Made by a program: the position numbers and the translations under genes
IMG/VR virus record: IMGVR_UViG_3300042868_012479
Coordinates: 1 to 64,000 of that record
Strand: one strand, 5' to 3'
DNA: 64,000 nucleotides
Origin: a virus
Notes under the pieces: generated by a model
What the model saw: only the letters and a program-made list of their open reading frames with translations
Databases searched by the model: none
Told to the model about the DNA's origin: nothing
Shown here: positions 34,224 to 45,100 of the stretch, one piece after another
Layout: each line of letters starts with the position of its first letter
Numbering within the stretch: position 1 is the first letter of the stretch

Positions 34224-37115
34224 TTAGGCACCGGTCTCGAGTTCTGCGAGCCTGGATTCAAGCTCATCAATGCGGGAACGCAGCTTACGCATGGCAGAGT
34301 GCAGGGGAACAACCAGGCGGCTGTACTGAATGGCTTCGGGGGTGCCATCTTCGTTGTAAACCACGTAAGATTGACCGTCAACGTTTTCGGCCATTTCCTC
34401 AGCAAGGAACCCGTACTGACGTGGAGACTCTTCGCCCATCTCTTCAAATTGCACTTTGTCATGATAGGTAATAGGCACAACGTCAAGAATGTTGTCGGAG
34501 TCAGTAATGTTAACGACGTTTGTTTTGTAACGAAGTGAAGAGGAGTCTCGGAAGATCCTCCATTGAATGTTATTCCCAGAAGTTGTGCCAAAGAAAATTC
34601 TTACGTCCTGAGAGTTAGTAATTGTAGAGGTATTGTAAAGGCTGGTCGCCTTAATTACATCACCTGACTCATTTCCAAGGGTAACGTCATCTGTAAATGT
34701 TGCAGCACCGCTCACGCTCAGGGTCGTTGTTGTAACGCTCGTAAATGTTGGAGTTGTGTCCGCAGTTAGCGTAACTGTTGTGCCCTCACCAGCACCCCCG
34801 CTAACTGAAATAAGTGAGTTTGCAGATGTGACGCCGGCAACATAGTTACCATTTGTATCAGTTCCTAGGGTAAGGACACCGACTGTCGACGCACTGTGAT
34901 TGTGGCTATCATCGGCAACCGCAACGGAATAGCTATTGGCCCCTCCAACAGTAAGCGCAGCGGCGGTCATACTGACGTCTCCGGTCAGGTCAAATGTGGT
35001 TCCGGTCAAATTAGATTTTAGCGCAACCTCTGATCCATTGGCCATAACTACTCCAGTACCAGTAGAATCTAGGTTAATGTTTCCGCTACTTGCGCTAAGT
35101 GTAATCGTAGGATTAGTTCCGCTCGCGCCCAACTCGTTGGCCCTGATCCACATGGTGCCGCTATTGAGGTAGATGACGCCGTAGCCGTAGGCGCTCGGGT
35201 CTACTTGATCGGCGAGGAGAAGCTGAATAAGCCCTCGGTCGTAGCGAATCTCTGTAAGGTCTACGGTAAGCTCGCTTGTTGGGGCAACATTTACTACGAC
35301 CCCCGCAGCAATGCGAAGGTACGCTGCGTCCTCCGGAATTGCCCCAGTTACATTAGGATTAGCCTGAGTTTCATACGCATAAGTTGCGCCGGCAATAGTA
35401 GAAAAGGTCTGTTCGTTGTTTCCGGCGGTGCCAGTGGCGGTGGTGGAGTCGTTCCTGTAGTACTGCGTTCGAATCGCTACTGATGCCTGTGTCTTTGTGG
35501 TGCCGGTGGCATTCCTCCACGCTGCTCGTGGCTGATTAGTCCAGGTCCTTGCGGCAGAGCCGGGAACTGCAACATACCGATACACGCGACATACGTCGCC
35601 AACGTTGGCACTCGTTGGGATAGTAAAACGCAAGACATAGCCAGACGCAGCCGTCGCGTCAGCAACAGCTTTAACAGTAATAGTTGTTCCAGCCGTGCTC
35701 TCTACGGAGAAATACGGCAAACGATTCGTGGAGTTATTTATGGCTGAGCCAACAGTTGGGGGAGTTGAGCCAAAGTCCCCGTTAATAATGCCCGTCTCAA
35801 TCGCCCGGTTTAATGATGGCCCAAGAGCGTATGAGTTGCCCCCATCGCTTTGGGTGTCTAGGAGCTCAACCCCAACATCGTTGGTAATTCGTGTTTGCTG
35901 CAGCACCAAGTCATCAGTGAGTTGACCACCTGTGCTAAGGCTAAAATCACCAATGGTAATGCTGCCACCAGTGACCGTGAGGTTGCTTGCTGTTACGGCT
36001 CCGGATGTATTGGCTGAGAACTCAGCCGTAGACGGGTTGGCACTTCCTGCCCAAATGCCTTGGAATGTAGGGGAGATAGCATCTGGGTAGCTGCCAACGC
36101 GCACAACGCCTTCCCCGGAGCCAATTGTAATTTCTGTGGCTGCAATCTCGCCGACGATGAGCGTGGAGTCGACCGTACCGGAGGTAATGTGAATCGATCC
36201 GTCGGCATTCTGGGTGTAGGACTTGAGTACCTTGATGGCCACGGGGGCCCCAAGGGTTGGGAGGGAAATACCGGTAGAGGTTCCGTCAAATGTAACGTCA
36301 TCGCCAAATCGCTGCTTGAAGGTAAACGTTGTGCTAGTCGGTACGGTGGTGACGTAGGCAACGCCATCCATAGTCTGGATTGTTCCCGTAAGCTCAATGT
36401 AGTCTCCGACAGAAAACCCGTGGGCAGCGCCGGTGGTAACGGTGACCGTGCTTAGCTCTGCAGGATTATCTGGGTCATCCAAAACGCGAGAAATAGTAGA
36501 GATGGCAAGAGCTTTGCCCACATAAACAATCGAAGCCGTAGAGGCAGTTAAGCCGCTGGTGATGTCGGCCTTGCTGTAGGTCAGCGTGTTTGTAGCAACA
36601 GTGGCTGAGGCATAGTCGAGTGGGCCATTGGTGGGAAGGTTGAGCCCAACCCCGCCAAGAAGGGTGCCAGTAGTGAAGTACAGCCCAGAAACGCGGACAT
36701 AGTCGCCAGTCGTTAGGCCGTGGCCACCGGGGAGTGTAAGGCTGACAGTGCCGCTGCCCGTTGAGACGGCTGTCGCCGCAATAGAGCCGCCGGTAAAGCC
36801 CATCTGCACTGCCGCGTGGTCTTCTGGGGCGCCGTACCACTTGGTGTTCCAGGAAGGGACGGTCTGAATAAGTCCTGCGCGCATGAGGTTGGCATCAATG
36901 ACGCCCGTTTTGATGTAGCTTGCGTTAATCGTGCTGCCTGTGTCGCTCCGAACGCTAATAATGGACTGGCTGCCAGCCTGATATGTCTGGCCAGTCGAAT
37001 CGCGCTCCTCGGCCGCATTGACAACCTCAAAGCCGTCTCCATTGATCTCCACGGCAGAGAAGGACTGCCCCTGCCCGGTAATGATGACTGGAGAAGAGAT
37101 TCGCTCGACAGACAT
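34224..37115 (-). CDS. Tail spike/fibre with C-terminal S74 intramolecular chaperone
   Basis: SSLRYKTNV...YGFLAEE...IQYSRL plus coiled coil; HGL..GDYV beta-barrel repeats. Confidence 0.85.
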   Translation of the reverse strand: MSVERISSPVIITGQGQSFSAVEINGDGFEVVNAAEERDSTGQTYQAGSQSIISVRSDTGSTINASYIKTGVIDANLMRAGLIQTVPSWNTKWYGAPEDHAAVQMGFTGGSIAATAVSTGSGTVSLTLPGGHGLTTGDYVRVSGLYFTTGTLLGGVGLNLPTNGPLDYASATVATNTLTYSKADITSGLTASTASIVYVGKALAISTISRVLDDPDNPAELSTVTVTTGAAHGFSVGDYIELTGTIQTMDGVAYVTTVPTSTTFTFKQRFGDDVTFDGTSTGISLPTLGAPVAIKVLKSYTQNADGSIHITSGTVDSTLIVGEIAATEITIGSGEGVVRVGSYPDAISPTFQGIWAGSANPSTAEFSANTSGAVTASNLTVTGGSITIGDFSLSTGGQLTDDLVLQQTRITNDVGVELLDTQSDGGNSYALGPSLNRAIETGIINGDFGSTPPTVGSAINNSTNRLPYFSVESTAGTTITVKAVADATAASGYVLRFTIPTSANVGDVCRVYRYVAVPGSAARTWTNQPRAAWRNATGTTKTQASVAIRTQYYRNDSTTATGTAGNNEQTFSTIAGATYAYETQANPNVTGAIPEDAAYLRIAAGVVVNVAPTSELTVDLTEIRYDRGLIQLLLADQVDPSAYGYGVIYLNSGTMWIRANELGASGTNPTITLSASSGNINLDSTGTGVVMANGSEVALKSNLTGTTFDLTGDVSMTAAALTVGGANSYSVAVADDSHNHSASTVGVLTLGTDTNGNYVAGVTSANSLISVSGGAGEGTTVTLTADTTPTFTSVTTTTLSVSGAATFTDDVTLGNESGDVIKATSLYNTSTITNSQDVRIFFGTTSGNNIQWRIFRDSSSLRYKTNVVNITDSDNILDVVPITYHDKVQFEEMGEESPRQYGFLAEEMAENVDGQSYVVYNEDGTPEAIQYSRLVVPLHSAMRKLRSRIDELESRLAELETGA

Positions 37116-40100
37116 TTAAGGGGTATCCTCCGCGCTAATAGCCGGCGATCCGGAGACGTTTAGGTCTCGAGTGACATATAGCCAAGCGCTATTGTCAGTT
37201 GTGTTGGCGTAGTTATTTGGAAGGTATGTGTAGTCGCCACGACGGATTCCGCCAGCAGCGTCTTTAGTAATGGCCCGAACTCGATACTGGTAACGATACT
37301 TGTAAGAGGCGCTGCTGTCAGTATAGGTGTTATTTACAACTGCCTGGTTATCCGATGTGAGCAAGTCGCCCCACCCGGTCTTGGCGGTCTTGACAACCTC
37401 ATACCAAGAGAATACAAGGTTGGTCGGGGCATTGGCCTTTGTCTTGCTAATAGCTGTAATTGGAAGGCTAGATCCGGCGTATATTTGGAATGTAACAGTA
37501 GTCAAATTAGACGCCTTGCTAACAGACTGAATTTCCCACGTGCCGTTTAGTGAGCCATTCTTTTCACCAGTAATTTTCCAGCCCGTAACGGTAATAAATG
37601 TATTTTCGCTAATCGCAAGGTTCCCAGCGAAGACAACCGACACAGTAGAGATCCCCCCAACTGCTGCTGCGGTCCGGCTAACGGCTGTGCCGGTTTTCCT
37701 GAGATATGCTCGAGACTTTACTGACTGCTGCAGCTCCTCGCGGCGGCGTTGAACTTCAAAGTTAGTAAAAAGCTTGTTCCGTGGGTCATTTCGATCAAAA
37801 ACCCAACGAAGCACAATGCTGAGATCAGCGGTTGTTGGCTTGCCATCAACGTCAATAGTGTTAGCAACAAGGTTGTTAATTGGGCTTGGCTTTGTAAACT
37901 GAAGCTGTCCTGGCCCAAGGCTTTGCGTAATCTCATCGCGCTGCACGAGAATGATTGCATCTTTTGTAAAAGCAGGCTCACTTCCAAGCGTTACCTGATA
38001 GTAAATTTCCCCGCCAAGAATTTCTGTTTGCTGGGATTTTACAACAATGGGTTCCGCGATCCCGGCCTGAGACCAAAGGTACGGGATAACGCTACCGGTT
38101 GTCAGACGCCCATCCGAGGCATGGGTAGGGTGAGAAAACTCAAAAGATTGCAGTTTTTTTCCAGATGAGGAAAATTGAGTTGCGGCAGCAAGGACTGCAT
38201 CTTCTTGAGTTTCAACTGCGGTGTTCACGGTGCTCGACTCAATGATTTTTCCGTGCGTTTGCCAAACTCCCTGAACGTAGTCAAACGTGTACCGAATGAC
38301 TTGGCCGGTAACCACGTCTGCAGTTAGAAGGTCGCCGCTTGCATCTTTCGTGATTGCTTTTGCGTATACATGCACACGGTTAGTGACGCTGCCAGCTTGT
38401 GAAATGTTTCCCGGGGACTCGAATGGCTTCAGCGGAATGACGCTAGTGAGGGCCGTGTCAAACATGTATTCAGCAGTTGAACCGGGTGCAACACCGTAGT
38501 CTGCAAATCCAAACTCGCCAGTAATTTTAGTGACAAATGGGTTTGCCCAGAAGTCTGTGTAAGACTGTGCTGCGTGTTCAAATATAAGCGCAGCTTGAGT
38601 GATTCCGGCCGTGCTAGGAACTGTGCACATCCCCCACATTTTCTCCCAAACATTAGCAGAAGACAGGGCGCCACCAATGGTGACATCAGAGCCAACCTGA
38701 GTTCCGCCAGCATCGTAGAATCGAATTTTTAGCCGAGGGTGAGCAGCATTTGTTGACTTTATCGTTGCGGATGCCCATAGTATTTCGCTAGCAGAAACGT
38801 CAAATTTTTTAGATTGAGCACGTTTTACCGTGGCGCCAGTTGCAGTCAAAGAGTATCCATAGCCGTAAGGCCCGCCCGTTCGTGAAGTTAGCGTAAAGCT
38901 ATTCAATGTCCAGCCGGTTGTGCCGGCGTTACCAAACGAGTCCTCAAAAACTGAGTTAGATACGTAATTTTTTACTTCTCGCAATTTATAATGCAAATTC
39001 TTCTCTGCATCAACCCAATACTGGCATCCTGTTTTCTTTGCAAGGTAGTCCAGCGCTTGCCGCAGGGTCATTCCGTTAAACGGCTCCTTTAGCTTGCTGG
39101 CCGCAGACTTCCCAGGAAGGTTTGCAAGGTATCGGTAGTCGTTATCCTCGTTGAGAAGGTCGCCACGGGTGTACCAGTGGGCCATCCACGCAACGAGCTG
39201 CTCTCGCTCGGTGTCGCCAAGGGCCCGGTCAAAGATAAAGATATCTCCAATCAAGCCGTCAAAGAAGTGCCTAGGGGTACTTGAGCCGTAGCCATATCCA
39301 ATGGTGAAATTTTCATGCCCAGTATCGGCTGGAGTTACCGCAGCCAGTTGCTTTACCACTGTCTCGTCATTCTTTTGAAACGTTAAATCGCCAGTGGCAT
39401 GGTCGTAAGAAAAGTATATAATGGCGGTCTCTCCGGCGGCTACAGAAATACCAGAGTTGATACCTGCACTGCTATTTGTGGTCTGTGTGTCAAAGTAAAC
39501 AATATTTCCACTTGCGTTAAGCTTGAGCTCTTTTCGCCCCGGGGATGAGCCGCTAAGGCTTCCATGATGCCAAATTGTTTTGAAGTCTCCAGAGAGCGTA
39601 GCTGGCCGGATTAGGCATGCAATCGTTGTGCTCTTTGCCATAGACCTAAACCCAATGCCGTGCCCGACTGCAGTCCCGGTGGCGGCCCCGGATGCAGTGG
39701 GCAAGCCAGCACCAGTAAAGTCCAGAGAAAATGTCAATGCAGTGGCTGCGGTAATCGTTCGGGCCGTGTCGTTGTAGGTCCCAACTGATGTGAGCTTTAG
39801 GACTACGCTTTCTCCGATAGCAAAACCATGGGCGTGGCTTGTTGTAAGAGTCAAGATCCCAGAAGTGCCATTCATAGAAAGGGCCGTAACGTCAGCAAGC
39901 CTACTTGAGGAAAGTCCTTGATACTTAGATGCGGTGAATGACACGGCTTGCCGTCCGCCAATATAGGTAAGCGTGTCGTCAGGCATGGTGACAAATGTTG
40001 CGCTCGGGGTTGCGGCGGCTCGGCCGGCGCCTGCGCTTGCGGGCCAGGCGTAGTTAAACGTTGTGATGATCGCAGACTGCCCAATTGTTTGTGGCCCATC

Positions 40101-42188
40101 GCTATCATCAGTTCGGCTGTCGGCAAACTGTACATACGAGTACCCAGCGCTGCTAAGCGCCATTGTCGAAGCCCCGCGTTGCGCCTTGGTAAGCGGAGAC
40201 CAGTTGTTCAGGTTGGTATTTGTTCCATTTTTGGCGTATACAGGGTATATTCCGCCCCTAAGCTCAGTGATAGTTAGTCCCGTTCCGCCCAATCCGCTAT
40301 AGGGGCCTGAGATTGATACGTTAACGATGTCGCCAACCTTAAATGGGTGAGTTGCCTTTTTAGTGCGGGAGTTATATGCAAGGCTCCACGGGGTAGTCTG
40401 CGCCCCAACGCCAATCTCTACCAGGTTGCTCTTTCGGTACGCGGAGTAGACGTGAAATGGGTTGGAGGCGCTAGCCGCCCCGTCACCAACCTGGGTGACC
40501 ACAAATTTGCCGTTATAAGAGCCCGAACCAGAAACATGTATGACGTCATTGATGTCAAACCAGCCAGCCGGGCCATTGTGCCAGAGCGTAGTGACGCCGT
40601 TCACTCGCTTTCCGGCAATGATTTTGTACTTCTGGGCATGAGCCTGAACAAATTGAGTTTGCGCCACTTCGACGTACGAAACGTACGCATACCCACCGGA
40701 TGTCCATGTGTTTGTCGATGAGTTTTTGATTTTAAAAGTAGTTGGCGTCGCTTCTTCTATGATTGAGTATGCAATGTTTAGTGTTCCGGAAGAGCCAGAT
40801 TGGGTAATACCATAAATGCCAACTGGGTCTCCCGCAAAGAACGTATTCGCTGCGGTGTATGTTGCGTACGTGCCGTCTGTAGACACACCTGTAATTGCCC
40901 CACTTGACCTGATGGCAAATCCAGGGTCAACCGGCGTGTATGCTCGCACGTTTGTTGCGCCGGTTGTAGCAACCCGGAAACCAGAGCTGTATGTGCCAGG
41001 GTTGTTGTACTCAATATTTCCCAAAGAGACAACCTGCCCGTCAGAGAGGCTGTGGTCTCCAATGGTTGTAAAGTCGATGTAGTCAGACGTTGAGTTGTAG
41101 GCCCCAACCGAGCGAACGATGTATCGCTCAACAATCTCGCTATCAACTCGGGCAACACGAAGATCTTTCCGTGCGTCCATCGCCCTTGGGTCAAACGAGC
41201 TTCGCCCCGACTCGGTCTTTGGGTTTGACAGGGGAATCCAAGACTTTGCGCCCAGCTGTAGCGGGTAGCCGGCGTCAGGCAAATAAGTAATCGGGCTAAA
41301 CCGTTTCTCATTAGTGTTTTCCTCAACATACGTAGTGTAGTTAATGCCAAGGCTGTAGCTTGCATTTGAGTACGGATCGGTTGTCCGGATGTCAGTGAAA
41401 AGAGAGGCGGTGTACGGAGTGCTGCGGCCAGATGACTCATCGGCAACGTTGGTATACGTCAAGGCGGTGTTGTCTGCCGTGTAGCTCACCACCGAGTCAA
41501 CCGAATATACGGTCCAGGTTGAGTTGTAATTGGTGGTTCGATCAATGATTACCTGCTGCCCAACGATTAAATCGTGGGAGTCGTTAAGGGCAACAGTAAT
41601 GCGTCGCTTGCCGGAACCGTTATTCCCATCAGAGATCTTGGTGATTTTAAGGCCGTTCTTCTCCTTGTCGGTTGCATAGCCGCCACGGATGAGCTCATGG
41701 TCCAGGGTGTCGTATGGGGCTTTGTACTGAGTTATTACAACCTCGTCAAGAAGTGCAGTGTAGTCGGAGCACTTTACCTTTGTGATGATTGCGCTACCGG
41801 TACCGCGCCCACCGCCGGTACTTTCTCGGGACACCTGGGTAACAACGCCACCAAAGATCAGTACACCGGCCTCATATACCTCCACCTCTGTCCGGGAGGG
41901 GATGTCCAGCGCATACGTGTGGTCGTCTAGGGCAGCCTGCGCCTTTGCGTCAACATCTGCCCCAGGGTAGGCGGACCAGTCCAATGTTGAGTTTGGGAAC
42001 ATAGTAAAGATAGAAAAATCAAGAGAGGAGAGGGAGCCGTCGGTGCTCTCAGTAAAAGTAAACGACGACGAGCTTCCGTCCATAAACGCCACACGCTTCG
42101 TGATGTCAAGGAACCCATCACCAATAGGGGTATGGCCCAGTAGGCGTGCCTTGATTTTTACTGTGATGGTTCCAGTATAGCTAGCCAT
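37116..42188 (-). CDS. Large tail-tip/hub protein with beta-barrel repeats, LamG-like and CBM-like domains
   Basis: Follows TMP; IFGGVVTQV...KCSDYTALLD; YWVDAEKNLHY; FDGLIGDIFIFDRAL. Confidence 0.8.
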   Translation of the reverse strand: MASYTGTITVKIKARLLGHTPIGDGFLDITKRVAFMDGSSSSFTFTESTDGSLSSLDFSIFTMFPNSTLDWSAYPGADVDAKAQAALDDHTYALDIPSRTEVEVYEAGVLIFGGVVTQVSRESTGGGRGTGSAIITKVKCSDYTALLDEVVITQYKAPYDTLDHELIRGGYATDKEKNGLKITKISDGNNGSGKRRITVALNDSHDLIVGQQVIIDRTTNYNSTWTVYSVDSVVSYTADNTALTYTNVADESSGRSTPYTASLFTDIRTTDPYSNASYSLGINYTTYVEENTNEKRFSPITYLPDAGYPLQLGAKSWIPLSNPKTESGRSSFDPRAMDARKDLRVARVDSEIVERYIVRSVGAYNSTSDYIDFTTIGDHSLSDGQVVSLGNIEYNNPGTYSSGFRVATTGATNVRAYTPVDPGFAIRSSGAITGVSTDGTYATYTAANTFFAGDPVGIYGITQSGSSGTLNIAYSIIEEATPTTFKIKNSSTNTWTSGGYAYVSYVEVAQTQFVQAHAQKYKIIAGKRVNGVTTLWHNGPAGWFDINDVIHVSGSGSYNGKFVVTQVGDGAASASNPFHVYSAYRKSNLVEIGVGAQTTPWSLAYNSRTKKATHPFKVGDIVNVSISGPYSGLGGTGLTITELRGGIYPVYAKNGTNTNLNNWSPLTKAQRGASTMALSSAGYSYVQFADSRTDDSDGPQTIGQSAIITTFNYAWPASAGAGRAAATPSATFVTMPDDTLTYIGGRQAVSFTASKYQGLSSSRLADVTALSMNGTSGILTLTTSHAHGFAIGESVVLKLTSVGTYNDTARTITAATALTFSLDFTGAGLPTASGAATGTAVGHGIGFRSMAKSTTIACLIRPATLSGDFKTIWHHGSLSGSSPGRKELKLNASGNIVYFDTQTTNSSAGINSGISVAAGETAIIYFSYDHATGDLTFQKNDETVVKQLAAVTPADTGHENFTIGYGYGSSTPRHFFDGLIGDIFIFDRALGDTEREQLVAWMAHWYTRGDLLNEDNDYRYLANLPGKSAASKLKEPFNGMTLRQALDYLAKKTGCQYWVDAEKNLHYKLREVKNYVSNSVFEDSFGNAGTTGWTLNSFTLTSRTGGPYGYGYSLTATGATVKRAQSKKFDVSASEILWASATIKSTNAAHPRLKIRFYDAGGTQVGSDVTIGGALSSANVWEKMWGMCTVPSTAGITQAALIFEHAAQSYTDFWANPFVTKITGEFGFADYGVAPGSTAEYMFDTALTSVIPLKPFESPGNISQAGSVTNRVHVYAKAITKDASGDLLTADVVTGQVIRYTFDYVQGVWQTHGKIIESSTVNTAVETQEDAVLAAATQFSSSGKKLQSFEFSHPTHASDGRLTTGSVIPYLWSQAGIAEPIVVKSQQTEILGGEIYYQVTLGSEPAFTKDAIILVQRDEITQSLGPGQLQFTKPSPINNLVANTIDVDGKPTTADLSIVLRWVFDRNDPRNKLFTNFEVQRRREELQQSVKSRAYLRKTGTAVSRTAAAVGGISTVSVVFAGNLAISENTFITVTGWKITGEKNGSLNGTWEIQSVSKASNLTTVTFQIYAGSSLPITAISKTKANAPTNLVFSWYEVVKTAKTGWGDLLTSDNQAVVNNTYTDSSASYKYRYQYRVRAITKDAAGGIRRGDYTYLPNNYANTTDNSAWLYVTRDLNVSGSPAISAEDTP

Positions 42189-42191
42189 GTA

Positions 42192-45100
42192 TTACCTCGG
42201 CCGTGCGTAGCCCATGGCCCGAAGTGATCGGGTCTGAGCTGCTGCAACTTTTTCAGCCAGCCGGTCGATGTCGGCTGCAGAGTTTAGCTGCGGATTATTG
42301 ATAACAACGGAGGCGCTGATTGTACCACTGCCACCACCGATTGACATGCTCCCAGGGCCACGTAGTTTGTGGTTTGGAACGATGCTGCCAAGGTTGGATG
42401 GAACCATAATCTCTGGCCCACGCTCGCCCACAAGGTAGGCGTTGCCAGGGAAGACAGAGCCGCCAAGGGCTCGGGCACCAGTAACATTTTGATACAGCTT
42501 CTTGTCAACGTTAAAGATTCCCTTGCCGCCGGCCATGACAAAGCCTTGGGTTTGCTTCTGGAACTTGTTTTGCATCATGTTTGTGTAGATCCAATCACCA
42601 ATAAACCCGCCAATCAAGCTGCCAACCCAACCGCCAACAAACGGAATAGGCAACAAGCCGCCAAGGAATTCGCCAACTCCTGATCCAAGCATGCCAACCA
42701 TCGTTCGATCAACGCTTCCCCCGCCAAGAAGGGTTGCGGCAATGCCAGCAAATTTTGCAAGGCTGCCGCCAATTCCAGGAAGCATCGTCAGAAGATTCAT
42801 GAATACGGACGATCCAAGGGTTGCAATATTGAGGTTTCCGGTAGCCCACATCGTTGCTATGTCGGCGACAATGCCCGCAATTCCTTGAGCCTTCTTGGAC
42901 GCGCCAAACTTCAGGTCCATGCTCTTAAGCTTAGAGTTTGCTTTTGGCAGGGATGCAGGAGCGCCTGGAACTCGCCATCCTTCTGCGGCGGCAAGGTTGT
43001 CAACAAGTTTTTGAGCTTTCTTTGGATTTACTGCCTCTTGGTCTAAATTATCGAGGCGAGTATTTGGAAGAACTCCATTCTGCCTTGCAAATCGAACGAA
43101 TGCCTCCGCATATGTTTCATGAGGGAAGGTATTGTATGAGCTTGTGGCCGATTTCAGGAAATTAAACGAGCCAGCAGCTCTAATAACTTTCCCGGCTGAT
43201 CCAAGCATATTTCCAAGCATATTTCCCTTAGTTCCGGGGCGATTTCGTGGATTCCTCATGTCGACAATATGGCCGATTTCGTGAACCAGCGTTTCCATCA
43301 TTCCAGACTTTGCATCATTAAGCTTTTCACTTCGGAAAAGAGGGTCCAAACTTTGCAGCCTTGCCTCGGAGCCTTTCCTTACTGGCCTTGTGGCCATAGC
43401 AATTTGATCAGGGCCAAACTGTCGAGTATAGGCATTTCCGGCAACACCCCATCCCAGCGTGTATTTTTCATCGTTAAGGAAATCGATAACAAAATTTGGC
43501 TTAAAGTCTTCCGGTGCAATCTTCAATACATTTCGAACAAGTTCGTCAATTTCTGGAACAGAGAAAGGCAAGCGTACTCCGTCATCAACTTTAATTTTTC
43601 CCCATGGAAATTCATACATTGTTGAAGCAACTGGAGTTTTTCGAAGAGGAAGCTCAAGATTTAGGAAATCAAGAAGCTTGCCTTGCTGCGTCATCTTTGC
43701 TGGCTGACGAGTGCCGCCATCTTCCAGCCAGCTATAATCAGTGCCAGTGCCATCAGCAAATCCGCCCATGATTGGGCCGGAGCCAGGTCGGGCCTTCTTG
43801 TTGTTTCCCTTGCCGGTTCCAGGATTAGTGTAAGAACGAATCATTTCTTTGATTTCTTGCATGCGGTTGAGCCGGTCAGTGTAGCTATTTACCGCCACTT
43901 CATCCCAAATTCTGCTATACCCCCCGATGGAATGTCCCCCATATGAACCATCTTTAGCCCAGTACTTGTCAAAATTTTTCGGGTGGGGTGGGTATGCTAA
44001 CCAATTTTGATGACTCGCTCTGCGAGATCGAGTAAACCGCATAGCCTTGTCGACAACATCTGTGTCAAAAACCAAGCCTCGAAGGATGTCAATAACTGTA
44101 AGCCCGTGATCCATAATTGCTGATTCACTTGCGCGGTCTCTAGCGGATGTTGTGCCCATTCGCAGGTTTGCTGCGTGCAATGCATTGCTGCGCTCTACGT
44201 CAGCAACCATATCCATGTTCTGAAATTGTTTAGCCCACTCTAAATACTGCTCGTTTTCTGAGCGATCTTTCTGGTCAGGAAGTAAAGCTGTTTTTCGAGC
44301 ATATTCTGCAAGATATGATTGAGGAAGTTTTATTCTATCGTCCAGCCGCAGGCTGGCGATTTTTTCTTTAAGCGGATGGCCGGCATTAACAAACCAAGAT
44401 TTTGCAAGCCCAATAGCATCAGAAACCAAAGGAATTTCAAAATAATCTCTGTTGTATGGAGCTAGCGCTATGTTAAACTCTGGGAAATACGTTGGCCAAG
44501 TTGCGGCCCAGCGGCGATCTCTCTCCGCCCACGGGTTTACCCTATCGGAGTCATCCATGCGGACCCGCGAGGCCCCCGGTGTGCCTGCGGCAAATCCGCG
44601 CATGCGGCCCGTCTTTCCGGCCATAAGGGCGCCGGCTGAGGACTTGAGGTAGGTAGGAAGCATGTGGTTAGGGACAATGTCGAGTTGGCCGCTTCCGCCA
44701 ACGCTGAGCATCTCTGGGCCACGCTCGCCGACCATGTACTTGCCACCGGGAACAATTGATCCACCGGCTGCCTTATTTGCGTTTGGCAGGGTGATATTAG
44801 TAAGGAGCGCGGCGATCTGGTAAAGGATAGCGTCAACGTTTGTATCAAGGCCAGAGAGAAGCAAAGAATTTTGTTCTGGGCCAACAAGACCCTTCAGCTG
44901 TGCTTCTAGCCTTTGGATTTCCATTCGTGCCAGTACGCCGGCTGCGGAAACGGCTGGGCCGTATTTCTTTTTTGCAGCCGGGTCGGTTTCAAGCTCGACG
45001 AGCTTGGCCTGAATTTGCTGCTGCTTAACTCGCAAGGAAGCAAGCTTGCCTGTAATTGCATCCTCGACCCTTTGGGTCGGAACGTACGTTTGCTTTGGCT

